The notes below the pieces were generated by a model, which saw only the letters and a list, made by a program, of their open reading frames with translations, made no database searches and had not been told where the DNA came from. A program made the translations under genes and the position numbers. This document shows, one piece after another, positions 38,601 to 46,300 of a stretch of 64,000 bases of DNA. Within the stretch, counting starts at the first letter, position 1. Each line of letters starts with the position of its first letter. Origin of the DNA: a virus; IMG/VR virus record IMGVR_UViG_3300025276_000022. The stretch is one strand, 5' to 3'.

Positions 38601-39422
38601 GCGTATATCCGTACTCGTACGTCGGCATATGTCCGTAACCGTTCTTCTGCGTACGCAAGAGATCGTATAACTAACTTCGCTGGTGACTTTACTGGTAACT
38701 ATGCAAGAACCTTCACTGGTAACTATGCACGTAACTATGCAGGCAACTTCATTGGTGATTTTGTTGGTGATTTCGCTGGTAACTATGTTGGTAACTACAC
38801 TAGACAGTTCGGTGGTAACTATGTCGGTAACTATGCACGTAACTACGTAGGCGAATATGCCGGTACATATAGCCGTGGATTCGCTGGTGAGTACACAGGA
38901 ACTTACACTGGTGTCTACTCGAACACGTTCGGTGGTAACTATGTTGGTAACTATGCACGTAACTTCGCAGGCGAATACACTGGAACTTACTCGAATACTT
39001 TCACTGGTAACTACTCACGTGGTTTCTCTGGTCAGTACACTCGCGACTTCGCTGGTGACTTCGTAGGTAACTATGCAAGAACATTTGCTGGTGAGTACAC
39101 TGGAACGTATGCAAGTGACTTTGTAGGTGACTTCGTAGGTAACTATTCACGTGACTTCGTAGGTAACTACGGTCGAGTTCGTGTATCGGCTTACTCAAGA
39201 CTACGTAACTCAACATACACTGGAATTTACTCTCGTGACCGTGTATCAACCTATGTTGGTGACTTCACAGGTAATTACTCACGTGGATTCACAGGTGATT
39301 ACGCTCGTGACTTCGTAGGTAACTATGCTAGAGCTTTCGTAGGTAACTACACTGGCGCAACAATCAGTGATACATTGGTTAACACACCAGAAAATTATAC
39401 CTTATACGTACGGGTTGCTTAA
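35607..39422 (+). CDS. putative virion protein with ~980-aa mirror-complementary tetrapeptide repeat (predicted giant beta-hairpin)
   Basis: globular N-domain aa 1-268, tetrad repeats aa 269-1251 with central NPYMG turn, short C-terminal strand YTLYVRVA; own late promoter. Confidence 0.8.
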   Translation: MSASSIPLKIKNSDGDLQELTPAEEMYLAVKVGEALAEASAGDIGDISLTNGDNIGSFVDSFYNEASGTHPMSNITGTTVTTTLKQVGGSASESGSNFARPVGYYADNANPGFYEMVDADLDNLTNRALVNLETLELQGAFTLSSTSPGGDWAKHIDTVFSDTRGDGTSIDFHIWKKTALASPPAGIVTTRPVATDYDGSSAFSGLKEMSDAEIKYTLGQRAKSLRSTAGAIGSYQLRSSVQGAPTSAGTWVPRGTAANTQRTIVDGTYSRTRASAYARTRVSAYSRNRVSTYTRNSVDTFARTFAGEYTGTYSREFAGEYTRGYAGDYTRTRPSTYTRNRLTAFTGYFAGTYNRARVSVYTRNRVTPFTGTFSRTRASAYTRGRVSTYAGTYARTRTSVYTADYTRARVSTYTGTYAGVYSRNRVSAYAGTYSRTRSSAYSQPYTRTRTSAYSADYTRTRITNYTRDRVTNFAGVFSRARVSTYTRNRVTNFAGNFVGNYARGFVGNYSRGFVGNYARGYAGDFVGNYARVSTRTSTRTRYSAYARTSTRTRYSAYARDRVTNFAGDFVGNYATTFTGNFAGNYSRDRVTTFTGDFVGNYATTFTGNFAGNYSRDRVTNFAGDFVGNYATTFTGNFAGDYARTSTRTSTRTLDYTRYLYYTGNFAGNYSRDRAFSYVGDYSRARAQGTSYTGNYGRTRTGSYTGNYARTRTASYLGNYTGNFAGNYIGNYTRNLISTRTSITLGGTSYYARFVYNPYMGELVPVFYTRTAATAYYAGNFVTTMAYTTDSTRAYPMAFTRNRAASYVGDYARVRAFSYVGDYSRARAHTLYYTGNYGRTRTGSYTGNYARTSTRSSNVLAYYGRTGYYAGDFVGNYGRTRVTNYVGDFTRTRVTNYAGNFVGNYGRTRVTNYVGDFARTRVTNYAGNFVGNYGRTRVTNYVGDFSRNRVTNFAGNFVGNYARAYAGDYVGNYARAYAGDFAGNYTGDYARTSTRTRYSAYIRTRTSAYVRNRSSAYARDRITNFAGDFTGNYARTFTGNYARNYAGNFIGDFVGDFAGNYVGNYTRQFGGNYVGNYARNYVGEYAGTYSRGFAGEYTGTYTGVYSNTFGGNYVGNYARNFAGEYTGTYSNTFTGNYSRGFSGQYTRDFAGDFVGNYARTFAGEYTGTYASDFVGDFVGNYSRDFVGNYGRVRVSAYSRLRNSTYTGIYSRDRVSTYVGDFTGNYSRGFTGDYARDFVGNYARAFVGNYTGATISDTLVNTPENYTLYVRVA

Positions 39423-39443
39423 TCGCTCGTACTGTGGTATAAT
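39415..39443 (+). promoter_or_regulatory. sigma70-type promoter with extended -10
   Basis: TTGCTT (39415-20), 17-nt spacer, TGgTATAAT (TATAAT 39438-43). Confidence 0.7.
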
Positions 39444-39456
39444 ATGAGATAGAACG

Positions 39457-39478
39457 GTGGGTCATTCATTTGACCCAC
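39457..39478 (+). other. stem-loop in leader of the GT/oxygenase operon
   Basis: GTGGGTCA-TTCATT-TGACCCAC; weak U-tract. Confidence 0.6.
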
Positions 39479-39533
39479 TTATCTCAGCACTATATAACAT
39501 TATAATTTGAATTGAAACCTTTGGAGATAATTA

Positions 39534-39995
39534 ATGAGTCGTAAGCAATGGATGGATAATGCCTTCTGGGAAACAGAGGACAAGAAAGAAGTCAACTGTA
39601 TTCTAGAACTTGAAGATGATGTGGGTCGTGTAACACGTCAACAAATGATGCTAAACCGTGCTAATAAAGATGGTAGTGATAATGAATTGTTTAATGAATT
39701 AATTGACGCTCTAGGTGAAGAGGCTATTGATAAGGAAACTATCGACAGAGTCACTCGCAAGAAGGCAGAGAAAGAAGAAGAGAAAATGCGTGATGAAGAA
39801 CATCTAAAGGCACGCAAACTAGAAAAACTCTTTAACTATAAAATGGAAGCGTTCGAAGTCGAAGAGATTAAACTCTCTAAAAACCGTAAGTTAAAGGCAA
39901 AATTGCGTCGTGCAAAATCAAGAATTGAAGTAGATCTTTATTCAATCATGATTCTACAAGACCAACTTGAGGCCGCTGCTGATGGAAAAGAGTAA
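39534..39995 (+). CDS. hypothetical protein, charged helical C-terminus
   Basis: GGAG SD; 153 aa; overlaps the GT gene start. Confidence 0.75.
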   Translation: MSRKQWMDNAFWETEDKKEVNCILELEDDVGRVTRQQMMLNRANKDGSDNELFNELIDALGEEAIDKETIDRVTRKKAEKEEEKMRDEEHLKARKLEKLFNYKMEAFEVEEIKLSKNRKLKAKLRRAKSRIEVDLYSIMILQDQLEAAADGKE

Positions 39996-40719
39996 AGGTT
40001 TTATTATAGTTGCGTCTAAGAAACGCAACTTTTATTCGTACGCAATCAACCTTGCTGAATCTCTTAGGGATTATTATGAACCTGAAGAAGAATGTAAGAT
40101 TTGTTTGGTAACCGAAGAACAATTTATTGATGATCGTGGTCGTGATGTTGCGGATGACATTATAATCTGTGATGACCATTATCGCGCTAAGTTATGGGGG
40201 ATGGCAAAATCTCCGTATGATATAACAATGTACATTGATGCTGACATGGAATGTGAGCACGAAGATATTATTAAAGTTTGGGATGAAATGAAAGATCACG
40301 ACGTGGTCTTCTCAGCATTGACTGATGACCGTGATTACATTTATGCGGAACGTGATTTCTCCACACCAGAAGGTATGGCTAAATTTACTCTTTGTGGTGG
40401 TGTGTGTCTATATGATATGTCTAAACCAATAGTTCGTGAGTTTATGGATGATTGGTGGGACTTAACATACAGACAAATGAATGATACTTGGTGGCCAGAA
40501 GGTTATGTTGATTCTCTAAAGTCTTGGGATCAATTCTCTCTTTGGTGGTTAACTGAGAAAGAACCAAAATATAAGGATCTTAAAGTCGGCATCTTTGATG
40601 ATGACTTGAGATGGAATTACTATAATGCTCTTAATTGGGCACAAACGAAACCCGAAAATGGGCCGGTGATATTACGTCACTTCTCTGCTGGGTTAAATAA
40701 GGATACTCCAATCGTATGA
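39982..40719 (+). CDS. GT-A fold glycosyltransferase / nucleotide-diphospho-sugar transferase
   Basis: A..LAESLR, KL......SPYD.TMYIDAD (DxD), GGV.LY, WDQFSLW, RWN, ILRHF. Confidence 0.8.
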   Translation: MEKSKGFIIVASKKRNFYSYAINLAESLRDYYEPEEECKICLVTEEQFIDDRGRDVADDIIICDDHYRAKLWGMAKSPYDITMYIDADMECEHEDIIKVWDEMKDHDVVFSALTDDRDYIYAERDFSTPEGMAKFTLCGGVCLYDMSKPIVREFMDDWWDLTYRQMNDTWWPEGYVDSLKSWDQFSLWWLTEKEPKYKDLKVGIFDDDLRWNYYNALNWAQTKPENGPVILRHFSAGLNKDTPIV

Positions 40720-41423
40720 CACAGGTAAACGACCAATATCTCAGACACGTCGAGGTTAATAACCCTGAACTGCTAGAGATTCTAAACGAATACTCCAAGT
40801 TGCATACCATGCAAGGTTTCGAAGAAAACTGTCACTTGTCCTCAAAACAAGCCATCCGTCAGCGCGACTTCTATGTGGGCCCTAAGCACATGGATGAGAT
40901 TGTCGGACAAGGTACAGGACACGAAGGTTTTCCAGACGAACTTGTTGGTTATAACTTTAAACTTTCTGACAAAGCACACATGATGTTTGAGCAGGGCGCA
41001 GACCCTCTCTTTAAAAGAGACATGACTCTACATCTCCGTGACTTAAACGATAAGATGATGAACTTCTTATCGGTCAAGCATAATGCTCTTGCAGCAGTAT
41101 ATCCGCCAGGTGGATTCATCTCATGGCACAACAATGCAAATGCTCCGGGCTATAACCTAATCTTTTCTTACTCAGAAGACGGTTCAGGTTACTTCGAATA
41201 TATTCATCCTGAAACCAAGGAAGTTATTCGTAGTCAAGACCAAGCAGGTACATGGACATGTAAAGCAGCATACTTCGGTCATTACGGACAAGATGATCAG
41301 ATATTGTATCATGCCGCTTCTACTGATGATTGGCGTTGTACTGTATCTTATGTATTTGATCACTCAGACGAATCTATCGCTTTGCGTGAAATGGTATTAA
41401 CAGATATCGAATCTGTAGAATAA
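40716..41423 (+). CDS. cupin / 2OG-Fe(II) oxygenase-like protein
   Basis: YPPGGFISWHNN...distal YHAA....R.TVSY double-stranded beta-helix pattern; Asn in place of the HxD acid. Confidence 0.6.
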   Translation: MTQVNDQYLRHVEVNNPELLEILNEYSKLHTMQGFEENCHLSSKQAIRQRDFYVGPKHMDEIVGQGTGHEGFPDELVGYNFKLSDKAHMMFEQGADPLFKRDMTLHLRDLNDKMMNFLSVKHNALAAVYPPGGFISWHNNANAPGYNLIFSYSEDGSGYFEYIHPETKEVIRSQDQAGTWTCKAAYFGHYGQDDQILYHAASTDDWRCTVSYVFDHSDESIALREMVLTDIESVE

Positions 41424-41450
41424 AATCTATATCTTCAAGCCTTAAGCTCT

Positions 41451-41458
41451 TATAAATA
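41451..41458 (+). promoter_or_regulatory. T4-type late promoter
   Basis: TATAAATA in intergenic gap. Confidence 0.85.
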
Positions 41459-41498
41459 GAGGTAGACGTTTTATAAACAGTTTAAGGTTTTGAAGAAT

Positions 41499-41855
41499 AT
41501 GGCAACTTACGAAGATTTCACAATAGATCAAGGTTCTGATTTAGCTCTACAATTAGAGTTAGTAAATCCTGATGGTTCAACAAAGAACCTCAATGGATAT
41601 ACAGTTAGTGCTAAGATGAAGAAAACCTTTCGAAGCACAGCTGAAGATACCGTTGATTTCTTATCAATTGTAGCAGATCCTGCCGAGAGCGGTGTTGCTA
41701 CAATCTCCCTCACAAATATCCAAACCGATGCCCTATCTGCTCGTGGTAGATATGTCTATGATGTCGAACTGAGTTACTTAGACTCTGCCGGTAATTCCAT
41801 CGTAGAAAGAGTACTAGAAGGCAAAATTAAAGTCAACCCTTCGGTCACAAGGTAA
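41499..41855 (+). CDS. conserved virion beta-sandwich protein (BppU/LtfC-like fibre attachment)
   Basis: IDQGSD, LNGYTV.AKMKK, GRYVYDVE, RVLEG.I.V.PSVTR. Confidence 0.75.
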   Translation: MATYEDFTIDQGSDLALQLELVNPDGSTKNLNGYTVSAKMKKTFRSTAEDTVDFLSIVADPAESGVATISLTNIQTDALSARGRYVYDVELSYLDSAGNSIVERVLEGKIKVNPSVTR

Positions 41856-41862
41856 TACCCTT

Positions 41863-42726
41863 ATGCCTATAAGGAAGGTCTCAACCAGCCCAACAAACGA
41901 CACCCTAGTCAAAAGAATTAGTGGTGTTGGTAGTGGTGGCACTAAAGTAAGAAAGGTTACTGTCGGTCGTCCTGTCAGTGCTGTGACTCAACATATCGGT
42001 GCAAACATCAAATCATTTGATGGTCTGGGTGATATCCCTAGTATCGAAGAGTTAAAGCTTGGTGAGTTCGGGATTAATACTCAAGACGGTAAGGTCTATA
42101 TAAAGAGAGAGTATGACGGGGGTATTCAGACAATCGTAGAGATTGGAACTGGAACCGACAATCTTTCTGCTACAACAACATTCAACTCCTACATATACAC
42201 CTCAGACGGAACCCTACAAACAATTGGTGGAGTCGATGATTCTGGTAACGTACTAGATTATGACCCCAACCCAAATTACGCCTCGAAAGTTCAGGTATAT
42301 CTAAACGGTGTCTTACTCAACCAAGGGATTGACTACGTTGCAGATACAGGGGATACTATTATCCTAACACACCTAGTAGATGCTGAGATGGTAATACAGA
42401 TAGCAGCCTACAACTCGACAGGTGTTTCTCTTGGTAACGACCTTATCGTAGATGATCACTTTGCATTTACAGTAGGTACAGACGAAGAAACCAGATTCTA
42501 TCACAATAGCGTAGATACCATATTAAAACATATGGGATTCAATGGTGCTAAATTCAAGATACAATATCTTAATGATGATAGGTTTATACTGGACGATTCA
42601 GGTGTTCAACTTCTTGGTTCCTACACACTAAATGGTGAAGCAGTTACCACCCAAACTAAAATAGATGAACTAGAGGCAAGACTTGCGTCATTAGACAGTG
42701 ACCTTGCAGCGCTACAAAATTCATAA
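41863..42726 (+). CDS. virion/fibre protein
   Basis: P....L..GE.GINT.DGK.Y fibre N-terminal-type motif and VYLNGVLL..G.DY domain. Confidence 0.65.
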   Translation: MPIRKVSTSPTNDTLVKRISGVGSGGTKVRKVTVGRPVSAVTQHIGANIKSFDGLGDIPSIEELKLGEFGINTQDGKVYIKREYDGGIQTIVEIGTGTDNLSATTTFNSYIYTSDGTLQTIGGVDDSGNVLDYDPNPNYASKVQVYLNGVLLNQGIDYVADTGDTIILTHLVDAEMVIQIAAYNSTGVSLGNDLIVDDHFAFTVGTDEETRFYHNSVDTILKHMGFNGAKFKIQYLNDDRFILDDSGVQLLGSYTLNGEAVTTQTKIDELEARLASLDSDLAALQNS

Positions 42727-42856
42727 CAATTACATAGTCCCCTATAATAAACTACATAGTTTTCTATAGTATAGCATACACTTGCCTATACACTATTGGA
42801 TTGTGCTATAATGAGTATTTTTATTAAGTTAGTTACCGTACAAAGATTTAATTTAG

Positions 42857-42864
42857 TATAAATA
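42857..42864 (+). promoter_or_regulatory. T4-type late promoter (extended -10 TGcTATAAT also at 42804-42812)
   Basis: TATAAATA. Confidence 0.8.
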
Positions 42865-42900
42865 CATTGGTATTCAAACTATCACATAGTAATACATCTT

Positions 42901-43266
42901 ATGATTAATATCAATAATAAATCTATAAACCGTATACTCGCCGAAAGTCTTTTCAACTTAGCTAAGTCCAAGGAAGTACAAGTTACAGCTGAGCCTGGGC
43001 AAGAAACTCAATTATTCGAGTTAATAGAAGGTACGTCATCATCAACCAGTGGTCGCACAGTTATACCAGAAGCACAATCTATAACTGCCTTAGGCGACAC
43101 TGCACTATTCACCCTGAATGGAACCCCGACTCGTGACGATTTGATCGACGTTTGGGTCAATGACGTTCTTCAACACCCCGAAGAAATCTATGAGACTATC
43201 GAAGACACTATACAGTTTTTTGAGATCCCTCCAGTAGGAACGGATATCTATATTAAATTTCGTTAA
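42901..43266 (+). CDS. small virion protein with VxVNxVLQxP beta-domain
   Basis: IDVWVNDVLQHP...Y.....I.F...PP.G motif, related to the domain near the C-terminus of the 43331 protein. Confidence 0.65.
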   Translation: MININNKSINRILAESLFNLAKSKEVQVTAEPGQETQLFELIEGTSSSTSGRTVIPEAQSITALGDTALFTLNGTPTRDDLIDVWVNDVLQHPEEIYETIEDTIQFFEIPPVGTDIYIKFR

Positions 43267-43330
43267 TATATTATTAAATATTTTAATTATAATACAATCA
43301 ACCACTCAACTATAATCTAGGAGATACCTA

Positions 43331-46300
43331 ATGGCTTTTAGGCAGATTAAATCCGCAGCACTAGCGGATAAAGCAGTACTAAATACCAAGCTAGATGAAA
43401 GTGCAGTACAGGGACAAACCACCCTTACAGGCATGATCGATCCAGCACAATGTTTTACCCTTCTTTATGATGTCGGTACTGACTCATTAAAGAAGATTGG
43501 TGCAGACGCATTTTTTGCATCATTCTCAACAACTGATTTATCAGAAGGAACTAACCTATATTTCACTGACGCACGTGCTTCTACTGCGGTTGCAAGCGAT
43601 ATCGCTGCATCTGTACTAGTAGAAACTAACCGTGCTTCAGCTGCTGAGACTTTACTACAATCTAACATCGACGCAGAAGCATCTACTCGTGCTCAAGCGG
43701 ACGTTACCTTACAATCTAACATTACTGCTGAAGCAACTCGTGCAACACTACGTGAAGATTCAATTGAAGCAGCGTCTGTATCTGCTGATGCTGGTCTTTC
43801 TACACGTATTGATAACATCTTAAGCAACACTGACCAAAGTGCAATTGATTCGTTTGTTGAAGTAATTCAAGCATTCGAAGATGCTGATGACGTATTATCA
43901 GGTTCTATCATTGCTAATGCTTCTGCAATCACTGCGGAAACTGCACGTGCAACTGGTAAAGAGACTGAAAATGCAACTGCAATTGCAGTAGAAACTGCTC
44001 GTGCTACTGCGGCAGAAGTTGCAAACACTTCTCTACTAAGTGCAGAAGAAAGTGCTCGTATCGCTGCTGATACTGCATTGTCTGCTCGTGTTACTGTAGA
44101 AGAACAAGCCACTGTATCTCTTCAAGCTCAAGTTACTGCTGAAGTTGCTCGTGCTGGAGCTGCAGAAGCAGTTATCGCACAAGACCTCGCAGATGAAGTT
44201 ACTCGTGCTACTGGCGCAGAAGCTGCAAACGCATCTAACCTAACAGACGAAATTAATGCTCGTGCTGTCGCTGATACTCAGGTTCGTACTGATATCGCTG
44301 CCGACATCGTTACTGCACAGAATGCTGCTCAGGCACACGCCGAAGCACAAGACGTATTACATATCGGTGATGCTACTGTAGACGGATCTGCAAACAATAC
44401 TCTAACGGATCGAATTGCATCTTCTAAGACTGGTGCAGAAAGCGTTGCCGCTGCTGATGCATCTGCTAAAGTACTTGTCGAGAAGACACGTGCAGAAGCT
44501 GCTGAGTCTGGTTTACAGGCACAGATCACTTCTAACGATACTGAACTTGCTTCTTTAGTAAGTGCTGATTCAACTGAAACTGCTGATCGAATCGCTGGCG
44601 ATTCTGCTCTACAGACACAGATTGATTTTATCACTACTAATACTGATCCTGCTGCTCTAGATTCATTAACAGAAATCGTTAGTGCGTTCCAAGATGCTGA
44701 CTCGGACATGTCTGCTCTAGTTGCTTCTAACACTACTGCAATCTCTAATGAGAACACTCGTGCTACAGGTGCTGAATCTGTTCTGCAAACTAACATCACT
44801 GCTGAAGCGTCAACTCGTGGAACTGCTGATACTGGTTTACAAACTGCAATCACTGCTGAAGAAACTGCCCGTATCGCTGCTGATGCCGCGACTCTTGTAT
44901 CGGCAAAAGCATACACTGATCAAGAAGCAGACTCACATCAAGCAGCTGCTGAAGCACACGCTGATGCACAAGACGCTTCACTTATCGGTGACGCATCTGT
45001 AAACGGTACTGTTGGTAATACTGTTACTGCTCGTATCGCAACTGCAAAATCAGAAGCAACTGCATTCACTACTGCACAGGTTTCTGCTGAAGCAGCAACT
45101 CGTTTAGCTGCGGATGACGCATTATCTCTACGTACTACTGTACTAGAAGGTGAAATGACGACAGTTGAAGCTCTTGCTGCTCAGAATGAAATCGATCTAC
45201 GTGCAGAAGAAGTTACTCGTGCATCTGGTGATTCAAGTCTACAAGGTCAAATCGACGCTGAAGAAGCTGCTCGAATTCTTGCTGATACTGGTCTTCAAAC
45301 TCAAGTCACTGCTGAAGTTACTCGTGCACAAGGTGTTGAAGCAACTAATGCTGCCGCAGTCGTCACAGAACGTCAACGTGCAGAAGGTGTTGAAGCTGGA
45401 CTACGTACTGATGTAAACACTAATACTGTAAACATTACTGCAAATGCTGGTACTATTACTGGTGAGAACACTCGTGCTCTAGCTGCAGAATCTGCTCTAG
45501 GAACACGTATCGATAGTGCAGAAACTCTACAAGCTTCAGATCATGCTGATAACCAGACACAAATTACTGCTGAAGTAACTCGTGCATCTGGTGTTGAAGC
45601 TGGTCTACAGACTTCGGTCGATTCTCTACAAGGACAAATCACTTCTAACGATTCTGATATTTCTGCTCTTGCAACTCTACAGTCAAGTGACCACGATGAT
45701 AACCAAGCACAAATTACTGCTGAAGTTACACGTGCAACTGCTGCGGAAGTAGTCAATGCAGCTGCGGTTGTTGCTGAAACTACTCGTGCATCTGGAATCG
45801 AAGCTGGTCTACGTACTGATGTCGATTCTAACCAGACTCAGATCACTGCAAACGACGCAGACATTCTTGCTCTAGAAACTCTACAAAGTTCAGACCACGA
45901 TGATAACCAAGCACAGATTACTGCTGAAGTTGCTCGCGCTACTGCCGCAGAAGTTGTTAACGCTGCCGCTACTGCTACTGAGAAATCACGTGCAGAAGGG
46001 ATCGAAGCTGGTCTACGTACTGATGTTGATTCTAACCAAACGCAAATCACTGCAAATGATGCAGACATTCTTGCATTAACAAATCTACAAGCTGCTGACC
46101 ATGCAGACAACCAGACACAAATTACTGCTGAAGTAAATCGTGCATCTGGAATCGAAGCTGGTCTACGTACTGATGTTACAACTCTAGAAAGTCGTGTTGA
46201 CTTTATCGTTTCTAACGATGATGGTGCTGCTCTAGATTCTCTAACAGAAATCGTTGCTGCGTTCGAAGGTGCTGATTCTGATCTAACAGGTGTTATTACT

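Noticed and set aside
36411-39359. DNA-level inverted repeat as the cause of the protein mirror symmetry
   Set aside because: Paired tetrads are not reverse complements (RVTN cgtgtaactaac vs FVGN ttcgttggtaac); the symmetry exists only at the amino-acid level.
36411-39359. Ice-nucleation protein or CRISPR-like array
   Set aside because: No AGYGSTxT 8/16/48 periodicity; the repeats are in-frame coding units without constant repeat/unique spacer structure, and no cas genes are present.
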